A stretch of DNA of 64,000 nt, taken from Octopus bimaculoides. Lineage: Eukaryota. Positions 1 through 12,625 of this stretch are shown here, piece after piece. The stretch spans positions 63,779,458 to 63,843,457 of the forward strand of contig NC_068986.1 in NCBI RefSeq assembly GCF_001194135.2, read 5' to 3'. The notes under the pieces are model-generated. The model worked only from the letters and a program-made list of their open reading frames with translations. It searched no databases and was not told the origin of the DNA. Within the stretch, counting starts at the first letter, position 1, and each line of letters opens with the position of its first letter. The translations under genes and the position numbers were made by a program.

Positions 1-43
<43 letters not shown>

Positions 44-967
44 TATATATATATAAATTAGAAAAAATAATAATCAGGTACTCAGATGTTTGGATGGTTG
101 TATATTTACAGATTTTTATTCATATGTCATGTTTTATAACTTAGCGAGTTCACCTAGTCTTGTAGGGTCATCAGATTTTGATTTCACCTTGAGAGAATGT
201 TTCTTTTTATAGTACTGTTGAATGTGTAGGGGTGGGGAGAGATATATAGGATAGTAAGAGAGGGTGAGGAATGGAGGGAAAAGTGAGAGAGTGTGTGTGA
301 GTGTTTTTGTGTTGGTGTGTGTGTGTGAGTGTTTTTGTGTTGGTGTGTGTGTGTGAGTGCGTGCGTGTCTGAAAAGAGTGTCAATGGAAAAGAGAAGGGA
401 AGGAAGGAAGAGCAAGGAATTGTGTTTACAGCTGGTTAGTTCAAAAAAGGTAGGGGAGAAATATGAACCTAGGTATCTGGGTTCAATTCTAGTTGGCACA
501 AAAATGTCCCACTATCTGGGTTTCTTGCCGTTTTTAGGCTCTGTGGTTCCAAAGTTGAACGATTAAGAATAATGAAATATTGTGATGAATATACAAAGAT
601 AGTGAAATATGTGAAAAGGATGAAAATTGTTGGTGAAATATAAATAAAATTAAAATTAAAAAATTACAGTTTACTTTACAAATTTGGTCCTTCATCCAGT
701 ACAAAATATTACAGAAATAGTGATATTTCATTAGTCACGGCTATATACATAGGCACGCACACACACACACACACACATATATATGTGTGAACATGATGAT
801 GGTTGTCTACTCGTGACCAGGGAAGACCATTGCCGACCTTCAGGAACATTGTGCACTCTAGGACAAACTTATATTTTGCATTTGCAGCTCCATTGGTGGC
901 TAATGAGCCCTGCTCTTGACAAGCATACACGACTGCAATGTTTGCAGTCATGTATATGTGAGTATAC

Positions 968-1021
<54 letters not shown>

Positions 1022-1209
1022 GTCTTCTTCATTGGACACTGAACTCGGCTTGCGAAGGCCTGTTGGGGCAAGTGAAAGCGAAATNNNNNNNNNNACACAC
1101 ACATATATATATGTCTTCTTCATTGGACACTGAACTCGGCTTGCGAAGGCCTGTTGGGGCAAGTGAAAGCGAAATCGTGATGGCACCTGTACCAGTGGAG
1201 CGCTAAGAG

Positions 1210-3050
1210 CACCGTTCACACACAGGCATCAAACACTCTGCCTTTCTCTCTGAAAGAGAGCCCCATTGCTTATTCTCGCAGTTACGCTCTTGGGGCATCC
1301 ACCTCCACTACCAACTTGGTCACCTAGATAGCAGAAGCTATCTACTACCTCTAGCTTGATCCCCTGGCAGTTGATGGAGTCTATTTTCTGCACATTTTTG
1401 GCATTTATTGTACCTGTGCATCCTCTACATGCAAAAGCTGGTTTCCCTGTTAACCTTCCTCTGATATTGCTGCATCTTTTATGTGTCCAAAGTTTGCATC
1501 AGGAACATCTTATGGATCTTCTACCTACGCCTTTCAAGCAGGGCCATCTACCTAAAGGGATTTGTGAATTGTCTGCCTTCCTATTTACTAAGACTTTGAT
1601 TTTTGCTCAGACCTTGCTTCCATACTTGGAGCTTCTTCTCTAGTTCTGGTAGTGATTCAGCAATTAGAGCAAGATCATCAGTGTAGAGGAGCTCCCAGAG
1701 GCAGCCTACATTAAATTCCTGTTACTGCCTTGAGGACTCTGATGAACAAGATGGGGCTGAGCACCTATCTTTGGTGAACCCCCTTCTTGTACCCTGAATT
1801 TTTTGCTGTACACATTGCCAACCCTCACCTTACTGCTAGCATCCCTGTACATAGCTTGTACAGCTCTCACCAACCACTCGTCTATCCCCAGTTTCTGCAT
1901 TGACCACCAGATAACGGATCGGGGGACCCTGTCAAGGGCTTTCTCCTACCCAACAAAGGCCAAGTACAGAAGTTTATCTTTGATTATGTATTTCTCCTGC
2001 AATTGCCTTACTAGAAATATAGCATCAGTGGTGTTTTTCCCTGGCCCAAAACCAAATTGCACCTCATCTAGGCTAACTTTCTCCCTAATTAGTTGGACTA
2101 TGGCTCTCTCTCTAACTTTCATCACCTGATCCAACAGTTTGATACTTCTGTAATTATTTCTATTTAAGGCTTCACCTTTACCTTTGTAGCAGTTGTCGAT
2201 GTTGCTGCTACACCAGTCATTGGGTATGACTCCTTCATGAATCACCTGATTTACAATGTGGGTGACTAGATCATAACCCACACCACCAGATATTTTAAGC
2301 ATCTCAGCCGTGATTCCTGATGGGCCGAGGGCTTTCCGTGTCTTCATATCCTTAATTGCTTTATCTACCAAGGCACTGTCAATTCGGGTAGCTGGTCCCA
2401 CAATTGGGTTAACATTTGGCCGAATCTCCTCCTCCCACTTATTCTTCATATTCAACAGTCTTTCATAATGGTATTTCCAAGCCTCTTTCTTTGCAGAATC
2501 ATTAAATGTAAGTGCACCATCATCCATATGGACATATTTCTCTCTTATGACATCACAATTTCTCTCAGACACTGTCTTGCAATCCAGAACACTTCAGTTT
2601 TTTGGTCCTCATGTCACTGAACATAGGCAAACCTCTTCTTTTCTGCTTCTCCCTTGGCTAGGTATACCTAACTCCTTGCTTCCCTTCTGGCTATCTGATA
2701 CAGTTCCCTGCTACCCTGACTCTTTCAGACCTGTATCTTTGCTCTAATGGCCCTGTCTACCTCATCGTTCCACCACCACATTACCCTAGGTCTGGGTGAG
2801 ACTTTGCACCAGCCACTGATTTGGTCTGTGGCACTCAGCAGGCTGTCCTGCAGGAATTCCTAGTTGCTCTCTATGTCAGAAGTCTGTAGCTCCTCCTCCC
2901 TCTCATCAAATTTCTCAATTAGGATGTCCCTAAATCTCTGACTATATGAAGGGTTTTTAAACTTCCAAATCCTTTTCCAGATTGGTCTGCTTCTTGGTAT
3001 CCTTATGACCTGGAGTCTAAAATCACTGTAAGATACAATTAGTTAATCAC
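1210..3050 (-). mobile_element. RTE-clade LINE fragment (endonuclease-RT linker and RT), degenerate
   Basis: Minus-strand ORFs 1946-2572 (KALGPSGITAEMLK...NYRSIKLLDQVMKV...QFGFGPGKNTTDAIFLVRQLQEK) and 1706-1900, interrupted by stops and frameshifts. Homologous to the copy at 56.8-59.7 kb. Confidence 0.9.
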
Positions 3051-4224
3051 TAAGAAAGCAGAGTGAATTTTCAAATATAAAAGACAAACAACAACTGAGT
3101 AAGACACTGTTACAGCAAGAGAGTTGAAACGCTGTTGGATGATTTAGAAAACTTTGAGACAAATACAGAAAATAAACAGAACTACTCCAGCTTGTGTTGA
3201 ATGATTTAGAAAGTAAATCTTATAAAATGGGACATATTAAACAACTTCAAATGCTAACATGTTACAAAAAAAAAAAGTATATATATATGTACAAAGACAC
3301 AAAGTATATTACATACATAGTGATTTAAGTATCTTTCTTCTCTTGCTGCAATTACACATGCATGGTAAATGGACCATGGAATCGGTAGAGTGTTGGCATT
3401 TCGTTGCATCTATTTATGTTTTGAGTCCAAATTCTATCATGTTTCATTTTGCTTTACATCTTTCCAAGATTAATAAAATATATACTGAGGGCTGATGTAA
3501 TCAACTATTAGACCAAGACAGCATTGTTACAACTGAATGACTAAAACTGGTAATAAAAAATAAAAAGTATGCATCGAAACACATATGGTTATGCTCATGA
3601 TAATGACTTTGTGGTAGTAAAAAAAACTTCTACTGGCAATGCCATACAATATTTAGTCGTATCAACCATAAAAAAAAAATTTCATGATAGTTAGAGAACT
3701 GTGAAAGACAAATTAGAGTTAACAGTCGCAGTTAAGCTTCTTGATTCTGTTATAATTTATCTAAAGTACTAATTGCATACATTAAGCATATAACTTATGC
3801 TCTCTTTCCCTAATGTTGCCTCACCTGCATAGCATGGAAAGTGATTTAGGAAACATTTCAGCCTATGACAGTAAGGTTAGTGTCCTAAAGGACATCTTTT
3901 TGAATGTCATATTCCAAGCGAAAAAGAAGAGAGAAAAATAGAATAGAAGAAAGAATTATGATGAAAATATATTAAATTTAGTTATATCTTCTTCACAAAC
4001 AAGGCAAACCACTTTTAACGATACCTCTTACATCTTGGATTGTTGATATCTGACTCAGTTCAAATTAATGTGTCTGATTGTCATTTTCTCAGTTTCTATG
4101 TCTTTCTTGTTCATACAAACCCATATGTGAACACACATGCATACACCATAAATTTTGAATGTTATATTGTTTTACTATTATTAATCAGATTTGAAATACA
4201 ATCTTCAAAGATAACTTCCTATAA

Positions 4225-4491
4225 TACAGTTCTATATTTAAGAGATGAGGAATTATGTACATTATTTACATTTGATGGATATTTGCCCTCATTTTGTTTG
4301 TTGTTAACACAACGCTTCATCTGATATATCCTCCAGCCTTCATCAGGTGTCCTGGGGAAATTTTGAACCTGGGTTCTCATTCCTAGGGTATTTTTCGATG
4401 TTATTATAATAATAATAATAATAATAACAGCCGAAATGTTGTGTTAACAACAAACAAGATGAGGACAAATATCCGTCAAATGTAAATAATG
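4225..4491 (-). mobile_element. Short non-autonomous Penelope-like element with hammerhead-like motif, inverted arm and 13-bp flanking direct repeat
   Basis: TAACTTCCTATAA occurs at 4212-4224 and 4492-4504. There is a 61-bp inverted repeat (4258-4318 / 4433-4493, 5 mismatches), a minus-strand CTGATGA core at 4346-4340 and an internal (AAT)n. Confidence 0.6.
4306..4352 (-). ncRNA. Minimal type I hammerhead ribozyme, mutated (probably inactive) copy
   Basis: The minus strand reads GGACAC CTGATGA A GGCTG GAGGATATAT CAGAT GAAG CGTT GTGTT. The inverted partial copy at 4428-4445 preserves CAGCC GAAA TGTT GTGTT. Confidence 0.6.
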
Positions 4492-4662
4492 TAACTTCCT
4501 ATAAATATGTTACAATGAAAACTATTATAACTTAAGGTGTTTTTAGTTAGTTGCCTTTAACTACTGAAATAAACTCTTTTTGCTCTTCTCATTTTCTGAA
4601 AATTACTATTATTATTATCTTTTTCTTTTTATAATAAGACTGTTTTTTTTTTCTTCTTTCAG

Positions 4663-4982
4663 ATTGATGCTTTAAATTAAGAAGAAAGAAAGCTTGGAAA
4701 AAGATTCTCTGATCTTTTTAATCCTTTGTCAGGGTGAATGTGAGAACTAAACTATTAGCTGATCTTAAAATAGATACCAAAGGATCCCAATTAACAACTT
4801 CATCTCTCTCTTCTTTTTTTTTTTCCAAGTAAAATTGCTGTTTAAATATTTTGTTTTACCATGGAGCCATGCCTTGGGAATTTTAACCAAAATAACATAA
4901 ACAAGAAATCAATTATTAGTGTACTCCCATAACAAGATGTAGTATTAGTAAAGGCCAAGGTGAGGTGGCCTAATTTCCTAAT
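4663..4982 (+). other. Probable 5' UTR part of the first coding exon (implies an upstream non-coding exon)
   Basis: A strong polypyrimidine tract TGTTTTTTTTTTCTTCTTTCAG ends at 4662. Alternative acceptor-like sites end at 4732 and 4829. The exact acceptor is inferred. Confidence 0.6.
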
Positions 4983-5385
4983 ATGGCCAAAAGGACAGAA
5001 CCACGGACCTTTAACATTAGTGTTATTGGTCTGTCAGGAACTGAGAAGGAAAAGGGCCTCACTGGTGTTGGCAAGTCATGTCTATGCAATCGGTTTATGC
5101 GACCTTTAGCCAATGATTACCATATGGAGCACATCTCTGTGTTAAGCCAAAGTGATTTCGGAGGCCGTGTGATCAACAATGACCACTTTCTGTACTGGGG
5201 TGAAATCTCCAAAACCGATGAAGGAGTTGATCACACATTCCATGTGATAGAACAGACTGAGTTCACAGATGATGTGTCTTTTCAGCCATTTAAGACTGGC
5301 AAGCATGAGCCTTATAGTAAAAGGTGTATTAGTACCAAAGTGCAATCAGCAGAAAAACTCATGTATATCTGTAAAGAACAACTTG
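4983..5385 (+). CDS. ARHGAP35/ARHGAP5: p190 RhoGAP, first coding exon (N-terminal GTPase-like domain, first part)
   Basis: The [41 protein letters not shown]...[17 protein letters not shown]...IEQTEF...[14 protein letters not shown] matches the p190 RhoGAP N-terminus, with the insertion-split P-loop ending GKS. Similarity stops at a GTAAGT donor at 5386, a phase-1 junction. Confidence 0.96.
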
Positions 5386-5900
5386 GTAAGTATCCATCAT
5401 TTATAGTTACTTGCTTTTTTTGTCTTGATTTTTGTTAACTGATTTTTATCCTTTTGTCTGTGGAGTTTTTACTAGATAAAAAAAAAGTTTCTGTCACTTA
5501 GTGGATATTAGGACATTTACATGCATTGTTATAGATGCAACTTTTGAGTTTTGTGTCCATTATAACATGTGTTGTCTATATTTCAGCTTACTAGTCTTCA
5601 TTTTTCGTTTTTCTGTCCCAGTATTTTATCTTGTCACAGTGCAGGGTCAACTTGTTTTTTTTTTTTTATGTTGATGCAGTCAAGATATTGGTAGGATTTG
5701 CAGTATTGATTCCCAGATAATAGCTGTCCAGTCTTAGTGATTACTCTCATGCATTATCTGTTTACATTTAAGATGAAAACTTTATTAACTCTTGCATATA
5801 AGAAATATAGTGATGTTGATGAAATAAGTACCAGTGGAATACTGCAGTCAATGTAATCAACTAGTTCCCTCCTCCAAAATTTCAGATCATTATTATTAAT

Positions 5901-6262
5901 GTGGCAAGCTGGCAGAATCAGTTGAGTATAGTATTTCTTGCAACTCTTTACATTCTAAGTTCAAATCCTGCCGAGGTCAAGTTTGCTTGTCATGATCCAT
6001 CCAGCGTCATTAAAATAAAGTACCAGTCAAGTACTGAGGGTCAGTACTCCATCAAATTTCCAGCTTTGTGCCTACATTAGAAATAATTGTTGAAAAAGGT
6101 AAAAATAATTGTTGTTGAAAAACTAGCATAATCAGTAAAGCAGCAGACAAAATGACTTGTGTTTAATTATATCTCTATACATTCTAAGTTTAAATCCTAC
6201 TGAGATCACCTTTGCCTTTCATCTTTACAAGACCAATAAAATAAAGTAACAGTCAAGTTTTG
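5901..6262 (+). mobile_element. Two degenerate copies of a tRNA-derived SINE (family B)
   Basis: GTGGCAAGCTGGCAGAATC head, B-box-like AGTTCAAATCC and TTTGCCTTTCATC...AAAATAAAGTACCAGT body. Same family as 24.5-24.9 kb. Confidence 0.65.
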
Positions 6263-8126
6263 GAGCAGATGAAATTGGCTGTACCATTCCCATATGAATG
6301 ATGTAGCCAATTTAATCTGAGAACTTGTGGCTATGAATTCATTATTGTTGCTGAAAAAAGAACAGTTCATAGCCATTTTAACTCTTCTCAGATTGTTTGA
6401 ATTTTTGAAGGTTTGTAGTTGAAGAAGGTCTGCAGATGTAAGGGAAATTCCAGAATACAGTATTTGGAGAAATAATTAATTCATTTATATGGACTTGGTT
6501 CCACTGGAGAGTCAGAAACCCAGAGAAACTGGTTGTAGTAATAATGGCAGATAAGATAACTGTTTAGAGGAAGTTAGTAAATATAGAGCTTCCTTTTTTT
6601 AATCGATTTAAAATATACATGTGTGTGTGTACACACACACACACACACACACACAACTACATGCAGAAGTAATGTTCTGGAAGGTTAGCAACTATTTTCT
6701 GCCTTTGTTATATAGTCTTAAGTAAATTTCACAAAGATTATCAGAGATTGATAATGGCTAGCGTTTATTTGGACTCTGCTAGATGGAGTCATGTATTCTC
6801 CAAAAGTGTAAGGGTCTATGGTCTTGTTAGCTTTGTACTTGAAATGATTTAATGTGATTCAAATTAAATTCAAGGATCTTTCTATCACAGATTCCTTTTG
6901 ATGTGATTACTTTGACATAATAGAGGGTATTAAATTGTTTATTACTCCCAAAGGCAGATGTAATTTTCATCATAGTTTCAACATTGTCAAAGAGTCAGTA
7001 TTCTAAACTACTTCCTTTTTGCATAGTAATGAATGTAAAAATGTTTTTTGTTCTCCTCAAGCCTATTGACCAAGTTTATATCTTTGTATAAATGCATTCT
7101 TTAATACCAATTAAACAGGTTTCATTTGTGTGACCAAAAAATAAATAAAATAAAAAATACCTCAGCGGGTTGCTCCAGTTATCTGTTTTTCTCATGACAA
7201 GATCACTATTTAACTGGATGAAAGTAAGTCAAGGCCTTCATGCACAGGCAAGTTTTCAATCAATAAATACCTTTTTCCTCTCCCTTATTCAAAAAGTGGT
7301 ACTTGAAACTGTTTCCTATGATTCCAAACAGTTTGAATTTAGAAAGAGGACACATTATATTTTATTTTGTTTTATCTTCCCTTAGATAAATACTTGACCT
7401 CCGACATCTTAATCAGATTGTATTTTTTTCCCTCTATAACTACTCTCACCCCATCATCTATAAAAAAAGGATTTCCTCTTTACATCTTTGACTGCCATTT
7501 CAGACTATTTAGACTCTGTTTTGATTATTTCCTCCATATATCTCTAAATGCTTGTCTAAAGGTTTACAACTTCAGTTTCTGTGTTCATTTAATCACTATA
7601 CATTGTTTTACAAATACACACACATACACACATGGAGGGTGGAGAAGTAGCTCATAACTAATTCACTTGGTATTAACATTTGTCAGCACATAATCTTTTT
7701 CTATATTTTCCAACTTTACTCTCCGGCAGTCATTTTTGATAATGCCTAGAACTTAATACAGATGCTTAATTATTAAGGCAAGATGTAATTTTGAAAATCC
7801 AAGGCATTTTTACAGTCCATGTTTTTTGTCTATTGTTGTAGTTGATTGCTCTATATGATCCTTCTTCCCCACCCCTCCCTCTCAGCTGATTGTATACAGG
7901 ATTGCAAATATGTGTATGTGTGTGATACTGGATTGCTAATAGAAATGGATTTTGGTAAAAAAAAATCTGTTTTATGCATTTTCGTAGTGGAGGAGAAGGG
8001 GGNNNNNNNNNNNNNNNNNNNNNNNNNNNNNNNNNNNNNNNNNNNNNNNNNNNNNNNNNNNNNNNNNNNGGGGGGGGGGGGAAATTTCATTAATGATCCC
8101 CAGTGATTTACAAAAAAATTCTTGTA

Positions 8127-8545
8127 GGCGCAGGAGTGGCTGTGTGGTAAGTAGTTTGCTTACCAACCACATGGTTCTGGGTTCAGTCCCACTGCGTGGC
8201 ACCTTGGGCATGTATCTTCTACTATAGCCTCAGGCCGACCAAAGCCTTGTGGGTGGATTTGGTAGACGGAAACTGAAAGAAGCCCGTCGTATATATGTGT
8301 ATATATATATATGTATGTATGTGTGTGTATATGTTTGTGTGTCTGTGTTTGTCCCCCCAACATTGCTTGACAACCGATGCTAGTGTGTTTATGTCCCCGT
8401 AACTTAGCAGTTCGGCAAAAAGAGACCGATAGAATAAGTACTAGGCTTACAAAGATCAAGTCCTGGGGTCGATTTGCTCGACTAACGGTGGTGCCCCAGC
8501 ATGGCTGCAGTCAAATGACTGAAACAAGTAAAAGAGTAAAAAGAG
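8127..8545 (+). mobile_element. Full-length octopus-type tRNA-derived SINE (family A)
   Basis: A-box TGGCTGTGTGG, B-box GGTTCAGTCCC, CCTTGGGC core, central (TA/TG)n and AAAGAGT tail. Near-identical copies occur elsewhere in the window. Confidence 0.9.
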
Positions 8546-8874
8546 AGATACACATTTCCAAACCACTTGGTTTTCAATATCATTCAACATTTAACAAGAA
8601 AGAGGGTGGGATGGGAATTTTGGATAAAATAGAAATTAATAGCTTATGTTTATGGCAATAATTTAACAAAATAATCTATCATTGTTTTAAAATGTCACTT
8701 TTTTCAAATATTCTTATTGATTCAGTTCTTTCATTGATATTGTGTTTTGTTCTTTTTCTTTCCTCCCTTTTTTTGTGGTAGGATAAATTGTTTTGTTTTA
8801 CAACCCTATTAGTCTATTAAAGATATATCTTGTAATAATCATCTCTCTCATCTATATTATTCATTTTCCTTTTG

Positions 8875-9237
8875 TAGTGACTGTGTTGCAAGTTTCTCGC
8901 TTACCAAACACATTGTCCTGGGTTCAGTCCCACTGTGTGGCACCTTGGGCAAGTGTCTTCTACTGTAGCCTCAGGCCAACCAAAGCCTTGTGAGTGGATT
9001 TGGTAGACGGAAACTGAAAGAAGCCTGTCGTATATATATATGTGTGTGTGTGTGTTTATGTTTGTCCCCCCAACATTGCTTGATCCTGGTGTGCTTATGT
9101 CCCCATAACTTAGCAGTTTGGCAAAAGATACCAATAGAATAAGTACTAGGCTTACAAAGAATAAGTCCTGGGGGGCGATTTGCATGACTAAAGGCGGTGC
9201 TCCATCATGGCTGCAGTCAAATGACTGAAACGTAAAA

Positions 9238-9240
<3 letters not shown>
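8875..9240 (+). mobile_element. tRNA-derived SINE (family A), older copy, followed by (TA)n
   Basis: Colinear with 8127-8545 from the B-box to the GCAGTCAAATGACTGAAAC tail. Confidence 0.85.
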
Positions 9241-9276
<36 letters not shown>

Positions 9277-10624
9277 GAGATCTCAAAGAAATAAATGATA
9301 TCTTATGAACTACATTAGCTCACAGCTGTTTCTGCTTTAAGATGCAGTGGACTCATATATATATGCATGTCTTTTAAGAAAGTGGAACTAATTGGATTGG
9401 AAAGTAAATATTCTTTGGTTCCCCTTTATTTGAGAAGATAGAGTCTCTTTGTACATTTGAGTTATGTAGAATTTATTGCTTAGGTTAACTTTTGAGAAAT
9501 TCATAGTTTAGGTTCACAAAGAAACAATGTGTATTGCCTTTTTTCCACCTATTCATATATTTAATTTCTTTCACTTGTTAATTCTTGAATCAATTTATGT
9601 CCACATTTATTTATTCCTTCATACAAGTGTCATATGCAAGTACACTGCATCATTAAAATATTTTAATCAAAACTAACACTAAGGGTAGCATTTTGGCAGT
9701 GATGTGGATTTTTATTTGTATGGTGATTATGAATGTCTATTTCTATATGAGAGTACAGGAGTATATGATGAAATATATCAAATTGATGGCATAAATAATA
9801 GAAAAACAGTTGAGAATCACTGCTATAAAAGATTTCTTATTGACTCAGAACACAGTTGTTTTTGCTTAAGCTCAAGTAAGCCCTGATAAACTAGACATTT
9901 ATTGAAATCTTCCAACTCTGAGCATTCATTTTTTTGTATATTAGAGACTACATTCTCTAATGTTCCTTTCATTTTGAAAGTGGTAGGTGTGATTTGATTG
10001 AAGTTTGGCTGCTGTTTCTTTCAGGATGAACTGTTGAGTTTCCTTTAGTTGTTTCTCCAGATTAGTGTCATCCCATATCAAACCTACTTATGATGAAAGG
10101 TATTCCAGCTGTAATTACCCTCTCCCTCTCTCAAGTATAGAGTACAATGCGTCAAGAATCATATTATCCAGTGTGTTCTTTTCCAGATGGTAGAGTGTAA
10201 TTTTAGAGCTGTAGCTGCTATTTATGTCAAAGGACTTCATAGAGACCTTCTTATTGGCTTAGGTCATCGAGGAAAAGAACCAAATGCAGAGAGAGTGTGC
10301 GTGTATGTGTGTGCATGTACTTGATATATATGCTTTTCTTTTTTACACATGTAATTTCCTAAACAGAGACTGTCTGTCTTTGTATGTATTATAAATTATA
10401 CTGCTAATTATTCAGTTTCCTTGTGTGAATAGCCCACTTGTATGTGTGTATATGCATGAATTATTGTGTATGTATGTAAGTATGCTTATATGTGTGTAAC
10501 CTTATATATGATATATGTCTATATCTGTAGCTATAATATGTGTTCATGTATGAGTGTAGGGATATTTACATGTACACTTACACTTGTTTGTACATGTATA
10601 TGTATATATGTTAATACCTGGCAC

Positions 10625-10900
10625 TTCATTGGTTCCAGCAATGAGGGTTTAAGTTGAGCTGATCAACAGAACAGCCTGCTTGTTAAATTAACATGTAAGT
10701 GGCTGAACACTCCACAGACATGTGTACTCTTAACATAGTTCTCAAGGAGATTCAGCGTGACACAGAATGTAACAAGGCCAGCCCTTTGAAATACAGGTAC
10801 CACTCATTTTTGCCAGCTGAGTGGACTGGAGTAATGTGAAATAACAACTTACTCAAGGGTACAATGCACTGCCAGGAATCAAACTAACCGCTAAGCCATG
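10625..10900 (-). mobile_element. tRNA-derived SINE of a third family, 5' part eroded
   Basis: The minus strand has a B-box-like GTTTGATTCC followed by CCCTTGAGTAAG...CTCCAGTCCACTCAGCTGGCAAAAATGAGT, a SINE-core-like segment. Confidence 0.5.
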
Positions 10901-12437
10901 CACCAAATGTTAATATGTGCCTATATATTTGGGTGAGTGGATGTGTGCATTTGTATGTCTACCACTTCAAATCAATACACTATTATAATGTTATTAGGGG
11001 TTTGTTTAGTATCACTTTGTCAGAAAAGCAATGCAAACTTCAAGTATGTCTTTCATAAAGGATAACATTGCATCATCTACATGGCATATGTTGAATGTAC
11101 CTTTTCCTCAAGTGCTATTGTTTAACCCCTGGTTAAACAGTGATTTAAAGTATTCCATTTGTGAATATACTATCATATCTATATCTAGGAGTACTTGCCT
11201 AATGTGTCCATCGTTTGTTTTTTTTTTAGGGTTTTTTTTTTTAAGATACTAGGGTATTATTTGAAGTGGGTTTTGTCCGCTGTTTCTTGCTAGTTTAAGT
11301 AGCCACATGGATGCTTTCTAGTCAAAAGAGACATTCCACTGAGTTCTGTGTGAACACTTTTTATTGCTTTCATAAATGATTTTTCACAATGTAATTTTAC
11401 CTATAATACATTTGGTACAGATATTGTGTGTGTGTAATGAATACAGCCTAAGTTCAGTGACTATCCATTAAGTTGACCAGAACATCAAGATTAGATTAAT
11501 AACAGCTTACTTTGAAAGATATGGATCGTTACATCCAAAATAATTATTAATGGTTATATTGGTTACTGAATGGACAAATAATGGAAGTTGAAGATAACAG
11601 CTGGTCAATAGCAATAGTATTGTTTAATGTTACAGTAGATTGTATACTTGGATAATGGTCAAAATGACTAAATATTCTGAAGCAGTTGTAAAATTTATCT
11701 AAATTCAATGTGTGCTTGTGTCCAAAACCGTTGTCCTATGATCTGTCTAACAGAGATGATTGGATTTCTGTAGGCATGTAATATGAAAGTATAACACAAA
11801 ATGTGTGTTAACGTACCAGAAATTTATGTTAATGAGTATAATGGCTGAAATATACTGTAAAAAATTTCTCATGAACTATTAAATCATAGAACCTTGATAA
11901 ATAAATATAAATCTATTGTGTTAGTGGCCCCCCCATTGGTGATAGATCAAAGGACACAAAGCTTTAGAAGTGGGAAGAAAATAGTGTAGACATATAGAAA
12001 GATAACGCATCACAATGTTGTCAAACACTGACATGAAATCAATAATGTATATAACATTAATGGAATGTTAGGCTGCTAGATCAAGAGTGCTAATCAAGTT
12101 GAAGTCACTAGTGAGTTCATGTTTAAAGGTTTGTAATATGTTACAGTTGATAATGTCGCCAACAACTAGGAGTACTAATAAAACATTGCAAATAATTTTC
12201 AGCATTAACAGAAAGGCAGAACTTTCTAAGAGACCACTAAATAATTAAAACAAGAGATCTAATTCTTTGTTTTATACAATAGTATTCAGTCTATGAGATT
12301 TTCATTGAAAGTTATCAAAAATCAATATTAAAGCCAAATTATTTAAGACAGGTCTGAAAAGAGTGGAAAAGTAGGGTTAGCAAAGAACTGTATCAGATAG
12401 CAAAAAGAGAAGCTAGGCATTAGGTTTATCTAGATGT

Positions 12438-12625
12438 GATGGTGCCATGTAAAAAGCACCTGGTACACTCTGTAAAGAGATTAGTGTTTGGAAGGGCATC
12501 CAGCTATGGAAACCGAGCCAAAACAGACTATGGAACTTGGTGCATCCCCTGGTCTTGCCAGTTTCTGTCAAACCATCCAACCCATGCCAGCATGGGAAAC
12601 AGATGTTAAAGGATGATGATGAAGG
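12438..12625 (+). mobile_element. RTE-related 3' UTR/tail fragment ending in (GAT)n
   Basis: GGAAGGGCATCCAGCT...AACCCATGCCAGCATGG...GATGATGATG matches the tail of the RTE at 62281-63299. Similar fragments lie at about 24898-25085 (-), 27596-27741 (+), 33815-33990 (-) and 47322-47458 (-). Confidence 0.75.

Noticed and set aside
1003-1175. Identical duplication of about 80 bp on both sides of a 10-N gap
   Set aside because: Exact identity across a tiny gap suggests unmerged contig overlap, although the same motif is genuinely repeated in the RTE 3' UTR at 62.8-63.0 kb.
5386-5438. C-terminal extension [16 protein letters not shown] of the 151-aa ORF
   Set aside because: Intron read-through. 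Homology continues at 53107.
8127-8205. tRNA-like A and B boxes as a tRNA gene
   Set aside because: It is the head of a multicopy SINE with body and tail, with no complete cloverleaf.
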